A DNA stretch of 63,962 nt, the filler included, from Candidatus Desantisbacteria bacterium CG1_02_49_89 (GTDB lineage: Bacteria; Desantisbacteria; UBA1551): the NCBI GenBank assembly GCA_001871075.1. It is 4 parts of 4 records of this genome, joined end to end, with 100 filler letters (N's around TTAATTAATTAA, not from the genome) between each part and the next. Parts side by side here need not be neighbours in the genome. Positions count along the whole stretch, not along the records: positions 1 to 22,920 come from MNUP01000055.1; 3 more parts are not named here. One strand, 5' to 3'. Positions 1 through 9,736 of this stretch are shown in pieces. Position 1 is the first letter of the stretch. Every line of letters starts with the position of its first letter. A program made the translations under genes and the position numbers. The notes under the pieces are model-generated. The model searched no databases, had not been told where the DNA came from, and saw nothing but the letters and a program-made list of their open reading frames with translations.

Positions 1-603
1 TCATACGGGTGGGCGCAGGTGTTAGAATTCGGCGAGGATAAGGTCGGCTATATGATGCCGCAGGGCCTTACGGTCATCAACCCCGACGCGATAAGCATAC
101 TGAAAGGCGCGCCGCACCCTGAGCTGGCGAAGTCATTTGTCGATTTCGTAATGAGCCCCGCGGGACAGAAGCTGTGGATGCTCAAGAAAGGCGAGGCGGG
201 CGGCCCGAAGGAATTTTCGCTGAACCGCCTTAGCGTGATGCCGCACGTTTACAAAGAGGTCGAGGGAAAGACGTTTGTAAGGGTCAACCCGTTCGCGTGG
301 AAGGGGAACTTCAGGTACGATTCGGAAAAGGGCGGGGTCAGGTACACGATACTCAACGACCTGCTGGGCGCGCTTATCATTGACAGCCACAGGGAGCTCG
401 AGAAGGCGTGGAAGGCAGTGATAAAAGGCGGGATGAAAGAGGCGGCGGTTGAAAAACTGTGCGAAGCATCCTGCACCGAGGAAGAACTGGCGGCAATGGC
501 GAAGGACAAGTGGGATGACCAGGCTTTCCGCAACGGGAAGTTAAAGGAATGGATAGAGTTCGCCAAAAAGAAGTATAAGGAAGCCGAAAAGCTCTCCAAG
601 TAA
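1..603 (+). CDS. ABC transporter substrate-binding protein (Fe3+/thiamine/polyamine type), 5'-truncated
   Basis: PDAISILKGAPHPELAKSFVDFVMSPAGQ is typical of AfuA/FbpA-like SBP C-termini; followed by ATPase and permease. Confidence 0.8.
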   Translation, partial: SYGWAQVLEFGEDKVGYMMPQGLTVINPDAISILKGAPHPELAKSFVDFVMSPAGQKLWMLKKGEAGGPKEFSLNRLSVMPHVYKEVEGKTFVRVNPFAWKGNFRYDSEKGGVRYTILNDLLGALIIDSHRELEKAWKAVIKGGMKEAAVEKLCEASCTEEELAAMAKDKWDDQAFRNGKLKEWIEFAKKKYKEAEKLSK

Positions 604-900
604 ACAAATGAAAAAATTTCCACGAAAGCACTCCGCCCGTCTTTCAGCGTGCGAGACTTCGCCCACCTGAAAGGATGGGCGAGGAAAGCACGAAAACACG
701 AAAAAGACCACCACAGAGACACGGAGGCACAGAGAATTCCTTGGTTTTAAACTAATGACAAATGACTAATGACCAATGACTGTTTCTGCAACCACGAATT
801 AGCACGGATTTCCACGGATTCCTTGCACTATTGAACAATTGAACTATTTACGCATTTACGATGCACGATGCACGACCCGCAAGGGCGATGAACGAGGTGT
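604..900. repeat. Composite intergenic repeat block (CACGAAA, CACAGAG/CACGGAG, AATGACY, CACGGATT, ACGATGC tandems; CGCCCAC..ATGGGCG hairpin)
   Basis: Tandem units readable directly; the same motifs recur in other intergenic regions. Confidence 0.85.
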
Positions 901-902
901 AT

Positions 903-2039
903 ATGGTTTCAGTGAGGCTGCAAAATTTAAGCAGATCATTCGGCCAGGTGAAGGCTGTTGACAGCGTGTCGCTCGAGGTGCAGAAGGGAGAGCTTTTTTT
1001 CCTGCTTGGCCCGTCGGGCTGCGGCAAAACAACCGTCCTCAGGATGATAGCTGGATTCTACTCGCCTGACAGCGGGGACATCAGCTTTGACGGCAGGACA
1101 GTGAACGAAGTGCCGCCGCACAGGAGGAATACAGGGATGGTGTTCCAGAACTACGCGCTCTGGCCGCACATGACGGTTGAAAAGAACGTCGGATACGGGC
1201 TTGATATACGCCGCGTCCCCGCGGCGGAAAAAGCCGGGAAAATAAGGAAGGTGCTGGAAACGGTCAGGATGCTTGAATACGCGCAAAGGAAACCGGCGCA
1301 GCTTTCAGGCGGGCAGCAGCAAAGGGTCGCGCTTGCAAGGGCGCTTGTCATCGAGCCGGACCTGCTCCTGCTCGACGAGCCGCTTTCCAACCTGGACGCG
1401 AAACTGCGCCTGGAAATGCGCGGGGAGATAAAGAGGATACACGGCGAGACAGGGATCACCTCGATATACGTTACGCACGACCAGAAAGAGGCGCTTTCAA
1501 TGGCAGACAGGATCGCGGTAATGAACGCGGGAAAGATCGAACAGGTGGGTTCGCCGAGGGAACTCTACGAAAACCCGGCGGACAGGTTTGTAGCGGGTTT
1601 TATTGGCGAGACGAATTTCATAGAGGGAAAAGTAACCGGAACGCAGGATGACAGGGTGACGGTAGAGACACCGATAGGAATAATAATAGCCCAAATCCCC
1701 AACAAGTTGGGGCACCCATCCCGAACAAGTTCGGGCGCCCATCCCCAACAAGTCGGGGCGCCCAATTCGGCCGTCCAGCCAGGGGATGCAGTGGTTTGTT
1801 CAATCAGGCCTGAAGCGGTCGATGTCCTTGACGAGAAAGGCGGCGGGACAGAAAACGGGTTTGAATGCACGGTCGAATCCTTTATGTACCTCGGAGACAA
1901 CGAACAGTACCAGATCAGGATGAAGGACGGCGGCACAATGAAGGCGGTGGCGCATAATCCGTGGGGAAAGATGCGCAAAAACGGCAGTATCGCATGGATC
2001 CGGATAGAGCCTTCAAATGTAATACTCCTTAAAAAATGA
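903..2039 (+). CDS. ABC transporter ATP-binding protein (PotA/FbpC family, TOBE domain)
   Basis: GPSGCGKT, LSGGQQQR, LLLDEP; ATG 903 follows GAGGTG. Confidence 0.93.
   Translation: MVSVRLQNLSRSFGQVKAVDSVSLEVQKGELFFLLGPSGCGKTTVLRMIAGFYSPDSGDISFDGRTVNEVPPHRRNTGMVFQNYALWPHMTVEKNVGYGLDIRRVPAAEKAGKIRKVLETVRMLEYAQRKPAQLSGGQQQRVALARALVIEPDLLLLDEPLSNLDAKLRLEMRGEIKRIHGETGITSIYVTHDQKEALSMADRIAVMNAGKIEQVGSPRELYENPADRFVAGFIGETNFIEGKVTGTQDDRVTVETPIGIIIAQIPNKLGHPSRTSSGAHPQQVGAPNSAVQPGDAVVCSIRPEAVDVLDEKGGGTENGFECTVESFMYLGDNEQYQIRMKDGGTMKAVAHNPWGKMRKNGSIAWIRIEPSNVILLKK
1695..1763. repeat. Three 23-bp REP hairpins inserted in frame in the ATPase gene
   Basis: ATCCCCAACAAGTTGGGGCACCC-type unit x3, same hairpin as the array downstream of the RAYT. 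Confidence 0.9.
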
Positions 2040-2222
2040 GATACAGTTTACAGAGTTTACAAGTTTACAAAGTAAAAATCCGTGTGAATCCGTGGCTGAT
2101 TTCAGTATCAAGGGTCAAGTGTCAAGTATCAAGTTTAAACTAGAAAATATCTCTCTGTGCTTCCGTAATTCCGTGATTCCGTGGTAATCTTTCGTGCTTT
2201 CGTGGAAATCGGTGGTTTAAAA

Positions 2223-3887
2223 ATGAAGATAAAAATAGCTTTTTTCCTGATAATCCTGGTTTTCGCGGTATTTTTTTTCTACCCGCTCGGGTACGTTTTC
2301 ACGAAGTCATTCTATTTCAGCGGGGGATTTTCCGCTGTTTTTTTCAAATACATGTTCACCAACCCGATACTGAGGGAATCTATAACGAACAGTTTCATCC
2401 TCGGAATAACCGTCACGCTTATCACCGCGTGCCTGGCGATCCCGCTCGGGTTAATAATAAGCAGGTACAAGTTCAGGGGTAAGGGGCTGCTTTCAGGCCT
2501 TATGCTCCTGCCGATGATAATGCCCCCGTTTGTCGGGGCGATCGGGATGAGGCAGATGCTTTCAAGGTTTGGTTCCATAAACCTGCTGCTTATGAAAACA
2601 GGCTTGCTCAAACAACCCGTGGACTGGCTCGGAGGAAGCGGTTTCTGGGGGGTTGTCCTTATGGAAGTGCTCCACCTGTACCCGCTGATGTTCCTTAACG
2701 TGAGCACAGCTCTTGCGAACATAGATCCCAGCCTTGAAGAGGCGGGTATGAACCTCGGGGCTAACAGACGCAGGCTGTTCAACACTGTGACATTCCCCCT
2801 GATGATACCGGGTTTTTTCGCGGGCGCCAGCCTTGTTTTCATCTGGGCTTTCACGGACCTGGGCACCCCGCTTATATTTGAATACACAAGGCTTGTGCCT
2901 GTCCAGATATTCAACATGGTGACCGATATCGGCGAGAATCCGATGGGTTTCGCGCTGGTCGTGCTGGTCCTGCTTATGACAGTCACGCTTTTCTGGGTAT
3001 CGAGGAGGTTTGCCGGGGGCGAGGGCTACGCGATGATGGCAAAAGGCCAGGTTTCAAGGGTTGAGAAAGACGCGGGCCTTGCCGGGGCAATCCCGATATA
3101 CGTTTTCCTGGGCGGCGTAATTTTTATCTCGGTCCTGCCGCACATAAGCGTTCTGCTTACATCAATATCCAAGGAATGGTTCATGACAGTCCTGCCTTCC
3201 GAGACAACGTTCAAATACTACGGGCTCGTGTTCAGGCACCCGCTTACAGTTTCAAGCATAAGGAACAGCCTTTTTTTAAGCTCGATATCAACGGTGCTGG
3301 ACGTGGGCCTGGGATTGATGATCGCGTACCTGCTCGCGAGGACTTCCATAAAAGGTAAAGGACTGCTGGACGCTTTCACAATGCTTCCGCTGGCAGTGCC
3401 GGGCCTGGTGCTTGCTTTTGGTTACGTGGCGTCGTTTTCAGGCGGGATACTGGACCCAAGGAACAACCCGTTTCCGCTGCTGATAATCGCGTATACTATG
3501 CGGCGCATTCCCTACGTTGTGCGGGCCGCGTATGCCGGCTTCCAGCAGACAAGCGCGGCGTTTGAGGAGGCGTCCCAGAACCTGGGAGCAACGGCTTTTT
3601 ACACGTTCAGGAGGATCACGGCTCCGCTTATAAGCGCCAACATCATAGCCGGGGCGGTACTCGCGTTCTCGTTCGCGATGCTGGAGGTAAGCGACAGCAT
3701 AATACTGGCAATGAAGGAGCAGTTCTACCCGGTGACCAAAGCCATATACACGCTGGTAGGCCGCATAGCGGACGGGCCATATATCGCCAGCGCCATGGGA
3801 ATACTGGGCATGGCCCTGCTCGCAGTCAGCCTTCTTATTTCGAATAAATTCATCGGTAAGAAGATGGGCGAGCTTTTCCGCATTTAA
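2223..3887 (+). CDS. ABC transporter permease (FbpB-type, duplicated TM domain)
   Basis: Two EAA loops (LEEAGMNLGA, FEEASQNLGA); hydrophobic helices. Confidence 0.92.
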   Translation: MKIKIAFFLIILVFAVFFFYPLGYVFTKSFYFSGGFSAVFFKYMFTNPILRESITNSFILGITVTLITACLAIPLGLIISRYKFRGKGLLSGLMLLPMIMPPFVGAIGMRQMLSRFGSINLLLMKTGLLKQPVDWLGGSGFWGVVLMEVLHLYPLMFLNVSTALANIDPSLEEAGMNLGANRRRLFNTVTFPLMIPGFFAGASLVFIWAFTDLGTPLIFEYTRLVPVQIFNMVTDIGENPMGFALVVLVLLMTVTLFWVSRRFAGGEGYAMMAKGQVSRVEKDAGLAGAIPIYVFLGGVIFISVLPHISVLLTSISKEWFMTVLPSETTFKYYGLVFRHPLTVSSIRNSLFLSSISTVLDVGLGLMIAYLLARTSIKGKGLLDAFTMLPLAVPGLVLAFGYVASFSGGILDPRNNPFPLLIIAYTMRRIPYVVRAAYAGFQQTSAAFEEASQNLGATAFYTFRRITAPLISANIIAGAVLAFSFAMLEVSDSIILAMKEQFYPVTKAIYTLVGRIADGPYIASAMGILGMALLAVSLLISNKFIGKKMGELFRI

Positions 3888-3920
3888 CTTGCTTTTTTGC
3901 CAAAATATGGTACAATAATT

Positions 3921-4090
3921 ACCACGAAATCACGAAAGTATCACGAAATCACGAAAAAAGTTTTTTCAACAGGGATCTTATGAAAATTTAAAATTCTTGA
4001 TATTAAACTAGAAGCTGAAAAATTAATTTAGTTTAAGTTCTCTTAAGTTCCCTGTAAAAAGAATCTTTCGTGTTTTCGTGCTTTCGTGGT
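3921..4090. repeat. Nested inverted-arm element: (CACGAAA)n-ACAGGGA ... TCCCTGT-(TTTCGTG)n
   Basis: Outer and inner arms are reverse complements. Confidence 0.85.
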
Positions 4091-4105
4091 AAAATGGAGG
4101 TTTTA

Positions 4106-5101
4106 ATGCCTGAATTAAGGCAGAATCTTGCGACCAAGGAATGGGTGATAATAGCCACGGAAAGGGCGAAAAGGCCTGAGGATTTTAAATCCACCAAGGC
4201 GAGGAAGGAGCAGCCTCCGTTCAGCAAAGAATGTCCTTTCTGCCCGGGCAACGAGATCAACACGCCGGGCGAGACCTACAGGATCTCAGACGAAAAGGGC
4301 TGGGTGGTCCGTTCGTTCCCCAATAAATTCGCGGCCCTTGTAAACGAAGGCGAGCGCATAAGGAAGATAAAGGGTATCCAAAGGTGGCTTAACGGGGTCG
4401 GCGTGCACGAGGTAATAGTCGAAAGCCCGGTCCACAACATGACGACCGCGCTCCTGCCTGTTGAGGGAGTGCGCCTTATAATAGAGCTTTACAGGGCGAG
4501 GTACAGGGAACTGCTGAAGGACGACAGGATGGAAACCATAGTTATTTTCAAGAACCACGGCGAAGCGGCCGGCACTTCGCTTGAACATCCGCATTCCCAG
4601 CTCATCGCCACCCCGGTAGTGCCGGGCCAGGGAAGGTACAGGCTTGAAGAGGCTATGAGGTATTACGACGACACCGGCGAATGCGTTTACTGCAAGATGC
4701 TGAATGAGGAGATAAAGGAACAGTCGAGGATGGTGATGGAAACGGACCATTTCGCCGCTTTCGTGCTGTACGCGGCGCTTGGCCCTTTCCATACCTGGAT
4801 CCTGCCCAAAAGGCACGCGCCGAATTTCGGCGAGATATCCGATAATGAAATGAGGGACATGGCTTACATACTGAGGACTGTCCTGGCGAAATTTTACCAC
4901 GGGCTGGATAACCCGGATTTCAACTACGTGATACGGTCCGCGCCCACTGGCGGCGGAGCCAACGATTACTACCACTGGTACCTAAGCATTGTTCCCAGGC
5001 TCTCGAAAACCGCAGGTTTTGAGCTGGGCTCGGGCATGTTCATCAATAGTTCGGTGCCTGAGGAAAACGCGAAATTCTTAAGGGAGGTCAGGGTTCCCTG
5101 A
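4106..5101 (+). CDS. galT: Galactose-1-phosphate uridylyltransferase (class I, HIT superfamily)
   Basis: RAKRP, CPFCPGNE, GTSLEHPHSQ, AGFELGSG. Confidence 0.88.
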   Translation: MPELRQNLATKEWVIIATERAKRPEDFKSTKARKEQPPFSKECPFCPGNEINTPGETYRISDEKGWVVRSFPNKFAALVNEGERIRKIKGIQRWLNGVGVHEVIVESPVHNMTTALLPVEGVRLIIELYRARYRELLKDDRMETIVIFKNHGEAAGTSLEHPHSQLIATPVVPGQGRYRLEEAMRYYDDTGECVYCKMLNEEIKEQSRMVMETDHFAAFVLYAALGPFHTWILPKRHAPNFGEISDNEMRDMAYILRTVLAKFYHGLDNPDFNYVIRSAPTGGGANDYYHWYLSIVPRLSKTAGFELGSGMFINSSVPEENAKFLREVRVP

Positions 5102-5108
5102 AACTAAC

Positions 5109-5990
5109 ATGGAAGAAGAAATGGACCAGAAAACACGGGCGAAATACGGTTTCCTTGAAGCCTGGGTTAGCATAGCAGGTAACACCGCTTTGTTTGTAGT
5201 TAAGGTGATAATAGGGTTTGCCATTAACAGTATTTCGCTCATAACAGACGCTTTCCATACCCTGTCAGACGTTCTTACGTCGGTAGTTGTCCTGGTGGGT
5301 TTCATGTTTACAAGGATGCCGGCTGACGAGCGCCACCCGCACGGGCACGGAAGGGTCGAACCCATCGCTACCCTTATCATCGCGCTTCTGCTGGCAATGG
5401 TGGCTTATGAGTTCGGCAAGCAGTCTATCGAGAGGTTTTTCCACCCTGAGCCTGTCAAAGGGACAGTGCTTGCAGTGGTGGTCCTGTTTGCTTCGGCGCT
5501 GGGAAAAGAATGGATGGCTCGGTTTTCATACAAGCTCGGAAAGAAGATCAACTCCGCGGCGCTTTACGCGGACGGCTGGCACCACAGGAGCGACGCCATC
5601 GCTTCCGCGCTTATACCGATCGCTATTATCGGCGCGATGTTCAAGGTTTACTGGCTTGACGCCGCATTCGGGATCGGGGTCGCGGTGCTTATCATGTATA
5701 CCGCGTTTGAGATCGCGCGCCCCAATATAGACGAGCTCATAGGCCATGCGCCCAGCAAGGAATTTATCAACAGGATCGAGCAGAGCGCGAGATCGGTAAA
5801 GGGCGTCGTGGGAGTGCACGCCATATCCGTGCATGAATACGGGGATTACTACAACGCGATCTCGATGCACATCGAGGTGGAAGGGAATATCAACATAAAC
5901 GAAGCGCATGCGATCGCGACCATGGTGGAACACAAAGTGAACACGGAAACAAAGGGTTCTGTCACCGTGCACGTTGAGATCAAGGAATAA
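5109..5990 (+). CDS. Cation diffusion facilitator family transporter
   Basis: DAFHTLSD, HPHGHGRVE, ADGWHHRSD; C-terminal dimerisation domain. Confidence 0.92.
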   Translation: MEEEMDQKTRAKYGFLEAWVSIAGNTALFVVKVIIGFAINSISLITDAFHTLSDVLTSVVVLVGFMFTRMPADERHPHGHGRVEPIATLIIALLLAMVAYEFGKQSIERFFHPEPVKGTVLAVVVLFASALGKEWMARFSYKLGKKINSAALYADGWHHRSDAIASALIPIAIIGAMFKVYWLDAAFGIGVAVLIMYTAFEIARPNIDELIGHAPSKEFINRIEQSARSVKGVVGVHAISVHEYGDYYNAISMHIEVEGNININEAHAIATMVEHKVNTETKGSVTVHVEIKE

Positions 5991-5993
5991 AAG

Positions 5994-7463
5994 ATGCCCG
6001 GGAACAGCGATATAAAATTCGGCACGTCGGGATGGCGGGCGATAATCGGCAGGGACTTCACGTTCGCGAATGTCCGCCTGGTTTCGCGCGCGATCGCGGC
6101 CTACCTTAAAACCGTTCATCGTTCATCGTTCATCGTTCATCGAAAAAGAAGTATTTCACGCACGACGTCCGGCGTCCGGCGTCCGACGGTGGTTGTGGGG
6201 CACGACACGCGGTTTATGAGCGAGGATTTCGCTTTTGAATGCAGCAGGACGCTTGCGGAAGAAGGCATCCAGCCGCTTCTCACAAGAGAAGACACGCCCA
6301 CCCCGGTCATAGCTTACGAGATAATAAGAAGGAAGCTCGCGGGCGGCATCAATTTCACTGCCAGCCACAACCCTTACTGTTATAACGGCATAAAATTCTC
6401 CCCGTCATACGGTGGGCCGGCGTTCCCGGAAATAACCAACGAAATAGAGAAAAACATTAATAGGATTTCCACGAAAGCACGAAACCTTCGGCACGAAAAC
6501 ACGAAAAGATCTGGAGTAAAAATCAAATATATTGATCCGAAAGAAAAATACATAAAAAGAATCAAAGAATTGGTGGACCTGAAAGCGCTCAGGAAACTGA
6601 AGATCGTCTGCGATCCGTTGTACGGCACCGGTCGAACTTATTTTAGTAATATCTTACGACGTACGACGTACGACGTACGACTGATCCACGACTGGCGGGA
6701 CGTGATGTTCGGCGGGGGAAGACCTGAGCCTGATGCTGAGACCCTGAAAGAGCTCGCGGCAAAAGTAAAGGCAGAAAAAGCCGATATCGGCATAGCCACG
6801 GACGGTGACGGGGACAGGTTCGGTATAATTGATTCTGACGGGACATACATCAACCCGAACGCTGTGGTAACACTGCTTGTATACTACCTGCATAAAACGC
6901 GCGGCTGGAAAGACGCGGTAGTGCGCAGCATCGCGACAACTCACATGGTAGACGCTGTAGCGAAGAAATACGGGATGGAAACAATAGAGACTCCGGTAGG
7001 GTTCAAGTTCATAGCGGAAGTTATGCAGGAGCGCGATATCACCATAGGCGGTGAAGAGAGCGGCGGGTTGACAATACGCAGGCATGTCCCGGAAAAGGAC
7101 GGCATCCTTGCCTGTCTGCTTATGGCTGAAATGGTGGCGAACGAAAAGAGACCGATCAAACAGATACTCGCGGGTTTATACAGGCAGGTTGGCCTATTCG
7201 TCCCGGGCAGGATAAATCTCCGCCTGACGCCTGAAATGAGCAGGAACCTGCGCAACAACCTTATTAAGCCCTTTAAGGACATTGAGGGCATTAAGATCAT
7301 TGGAAAAAATACAATTGACGGGACAAAATTCCTGCTTGAGGACGGGTCCTGGGTGCTTTTCAGGTTCTCGGGCACAGAGCCGGTTGCCCGCGTTTACGCC
7401 GAATCCAGCTCCGCCAAAAAGCTGAATATCCTGCTTAACGCCGGCAGGAAAATGGTACAATAG
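5994..7463 (+). CDS. Phosphoglucomutase/phosphomannomutase family protein
   Basis: FGTSGWR, TASHNP, DGDGDR, GEESGG, RFSGTEP. Confidence 0.93.
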   Translation: MPGNSDIKFGTSGWRAIIGRDFTFANVRLVSRAIAAYLKTVHRSSFIVHRKRSISRTTSGVRRPTVVVGHDTRFMSEDFAFECSRTLAEEGIQPLLTREDTPTPVIAYEIIRRKLAGGINFTASHNPYCYNGIKFSPSYGGPAFPEITNEIEKNINRISTKARNLRHENTKRSGVKIKYIDPKEKYIKRIKELVDLKALRKLKIVCDPLYGTGRTYFSNILRRTTYDVRLIHDWRDVMFGGGRPEPDAETLKELAAKVKAEKADIGIATDGDGDRFGIIDSDGTYINPNAVVTLLVYYLHKTRGWKDAVVRSIATTHMVDAVAKKYGMETIETPVGFKFIAEVMQERDITIGGEESGGLTIRRHVPEKDGILACLLMAEMVANEKRPIKQILAGLYRQVGLFVPGRINLRLTPEMSRNLRNNLIKPFKDIEGIKIIGKNTIDGTKFLLEDGSWVLFRFSGTEPVARVYAESSSAKKLNILLNAGRKMVQ

Positions 7464-7542
7464 GAAGCCTCAACTTGTTGAGGGAGATCTGGAAGCCTCA
7501 ACTTGTTGAGGGAGATCTGGAAGCCTCAACTTGTTGAGGGAG
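7463..7542 (+). repeat. Left REP array of RAYT, 28-bp unit x3 (GGAAGCCTCAACTTGTTGAGGGAGATCT)
   Basis: Units start at 7463, 7491, 7519; hairpin CCTCAAC-TT-GTTGAGG. Confidence 0.92.
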
Positions 7543-7548
7543 TTTTTA

Positions 7549-8076
7549 ATGAATAAACCATATCACCCACCACACTTTTATAAGGAAAATACCGACTACT
7601 TTATTACTGCCCATACTTTTGATAAAAGAAGGTTCTTCACAACTGAGACAGAAAAAGAAATGCTGTTGAAGGTTCTTTATTCGGCGGCTAACGCGCATAG
7701 CATTTTTATTCATACATGGGTTATACTTGATAATCATTATCATCTTTTAATTAAAATTAACACTACAGAGAAACTTGTAAAATTCATCAAAAGCCTGCAT
7801 GGCAAGAGCGCTATAGAACTGAATAAAATTAATTCAACCCCAGGTCAGAAGATTTGGGTAAATTACTGGGATCACTGTATCCGTTCAAAAAAAGATTTTT
7901 GGGTTCATTTCAATTATATACATAACAATCCTTTAAAGCATGGATATGTTAAGAATTTCAATAAACTAATTGACTATAAATTTTCAGGATACAGTCAATG
8001 GGTTGAAGAAAAAGGAGTGGATTGGTTAAAAGATATATGGGAAACATATCCTGTGGTAGATTTTGAGAAAGAATAA
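7549..8076 (+). mobile_element. REP-associated tyrosine transposase (RAYT, Y1 HUH family)
   Basis: YFIT, ILDNHYHLL (HUH), YWDHCIR, YIHNNPLKHG; AT-rich; inverted REP arrays on both sides. Confidence 0.92.
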
Positions 8077-8080
8077 AGAC

Positions 8081-8184
8081 ATCCCCAACAAGTTGGGGCG
8101 TCCTGAAACCCCGAACAAGTTCGGGCGTCCTGAAACCCCGAACAAGTTGGGGCGTCCTGAAACCCCCAACAAGTTGGGGCACCC
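8081..8184 (-). repeat. Right REP array of RAYT, 27-bp unit x4, inverted relative to the left array
   Basis: CCCCAACAAGTTGGGGCGTCC, reverse complement GGACGCCCCAACTTGTTGGGG. Confidence 0.92.
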
Positions 8185-8197
8185 TGTGGAGGAAAGA

Positions 8198-9586
8198 GTG
8201 AAACTGCCTTTGTTCGCGGAACAGGAAGAAGCTGTCCGGCTGTTCAAAAAACTGGGAAAAGAATACGCGGTCATAAAGAACCCGAGTTACGTTTACCCGG
8301 ATTACGAATTCTACCCCCTGCCTCCCAAAATAAGAACACCAAGGGAAAAGCTTGTCGCGATCGTAAAGGACATGGACGGCACGACCACCACAACCGAACA
8401 GCTCTGCCTTCACTCGCAGGAATTCATGGTGGGAAAGATCACAGGCATGGGCAGGGACCCTGGATGGGGCCTGGATAAGAAGAAAGACTACCCGCACATC
8501 ATAGGTAACAGCACAACGCGCCACGTTGAATACCTAATAAATACCTACGGTTCAGGGATAAAGCCGGATGATTTCAGGCGTTCCTACATGAACGCGGTTT
8601 TATGGTTCCTTATCGAAGGCAGGGACGAGCGTCGCATGTCTGAGGTGATAAACAACATGAAGAACCTTGGGTGGGGCGGCCTGCCGCAGGACCCGGCCGT
8701 GAAGGGCTTGCAGAAGGAGAAGGGAAAGTTCGTTCCTTACCAGGCCAGCGAAACCGTGGAACAGCTGCTTAAGAAATACGGCGGTATTTTCAACCCGCAG
8801 TCTCTTGCCGAAAAGGTAAGGGCCGCGACTGAGATATACTACCAGCGGTACCACGAAATACTTGCCGCGATAGACAGGGGAGAAGGGGAGCATCTTTCAG
8901 AGGAACTGCTTTCCGAAAAGGGAAGGCGGCTTATCGAGCCGATGCCCGGGGTCGCGGTGTTCCTGTCAATGATAAAGGGGTGGCTCGGGGAAGATGCCGC
9001 GCTATTCTACGATGAGCTGAAGGGCCATCTGCTGGCAAACCACCGCGTAAAATACGGGGAAAAAGAGCTTGAAAAATACAGGCCGAGGCTGAAGAAATTA
9101 GGCGGGTATTTCAGCAAAAATCCGCTCAGGGTGGCTGTTGTCACGTCCTCGATCTCCTACGAGGCGAACATAGTGCTGAGGGAGGTTTTTAACGTTGTCA
9201 GGAAGCAGATAGAGGAATGGCCGGTTACAGACGAAAAGAAGAAAAAGCTGATTAAAAGATTCCAAGATTTTAAGATTTATTACGACGGGTACATTACAGC
9301 GTCGGATTCAAGCGAGATCAGGCTGAAGCCGCACAGGGACCTGTACAGCATAGCTTTGCATATGATGGGCGTTAAAAGGGAGGATTTTGATTTTGTCGCC
9401 GGTTTTGAGGACAGCGAGTCAGGCACGGTGGCGATAAGGGCGGCAGGCATGGGGTTGTGCGTAGCGGTGCCGTTCTCGGATACCGCAGGCCATAACCTGG
9501 ACGCGGCCGCGTATATCCTGCACGGCGGCCTGCCCGAGGCGATCCTGGTCCACAATATGTTTCTTGATGAAAAGGCCACAAAATAA
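8198..9586 (+). CDS. HAD-superfamily hydrolase with large cap insertion
   Basis: DMDGTT motif I, VVTSS motif II, KPHRD, GFEDSESG motif IV; GTG 8198 after GGAGG. Confidence 0.75.
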   Translation: MKLPLFAEQEEAVRLFKKLGKEYAVIKNPSYVYPDYEFYPLPPKIRTPREKLVAIVKDMDGTTTTTEQLCLHSQEFMVGKITGMGRDPGWGLDKKKDYPHIIGNSTTRHVEYLINTYGSGIKPDDFRRSYMNAVLWFLIEGRDERRMSEVINNMKNLGWGGLPQDPAVKGLQKEKGKFVPYQASETVEQLLKKYGGIFNPQSLAEKVRAATEIYYQRYHEILAAIDRGEGEHLSEELLSEKGRRLIEPMPGVAVFLSMIKGWLGEDAALFYDELKGHLLANHRVKYGEKELEKYRPRLKKLGGYFSKNPLRVAVVTSSISYEANIVLREVFNVVRKQIEEWPVTDEKKKKLIKRFQDFKIYYDGYITASDSSEIRLKPHRDLYSIALHMMGVKREDFDFVAGFEDSESGTVAIRAAGMGLCVAVPFSDTAGHNLDAAAYILHGGLPEAILVHNMFLDEKATK

Positions 9587-9736
9587 AGATTTCCACGAAA
9601 GCACGAAAGTGTCACGAAGGCACGAAGGAATCTTTAGCTTTTGCTGACAACTGACAACTGCTTTTGCAACCACGGAATTTTTCGTAACATCGTTGAAAAT
9701 AGAGCAATTGAGCAATAGATTGTAAAGGAGGAAGAA

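Noticed and set aside
7463-8184. CRISPR arrays
   Set aside because: 27-28-bp units are contiguous without unique spacers; no cas genes; explained as REPs
8063-8197. PNKLGRPET repeats as the HAD N-terminus
   Set aside because: TTG start overlaps the RAYT; a better GTG with GGAGG lies at 8198; the repeats are the REP array
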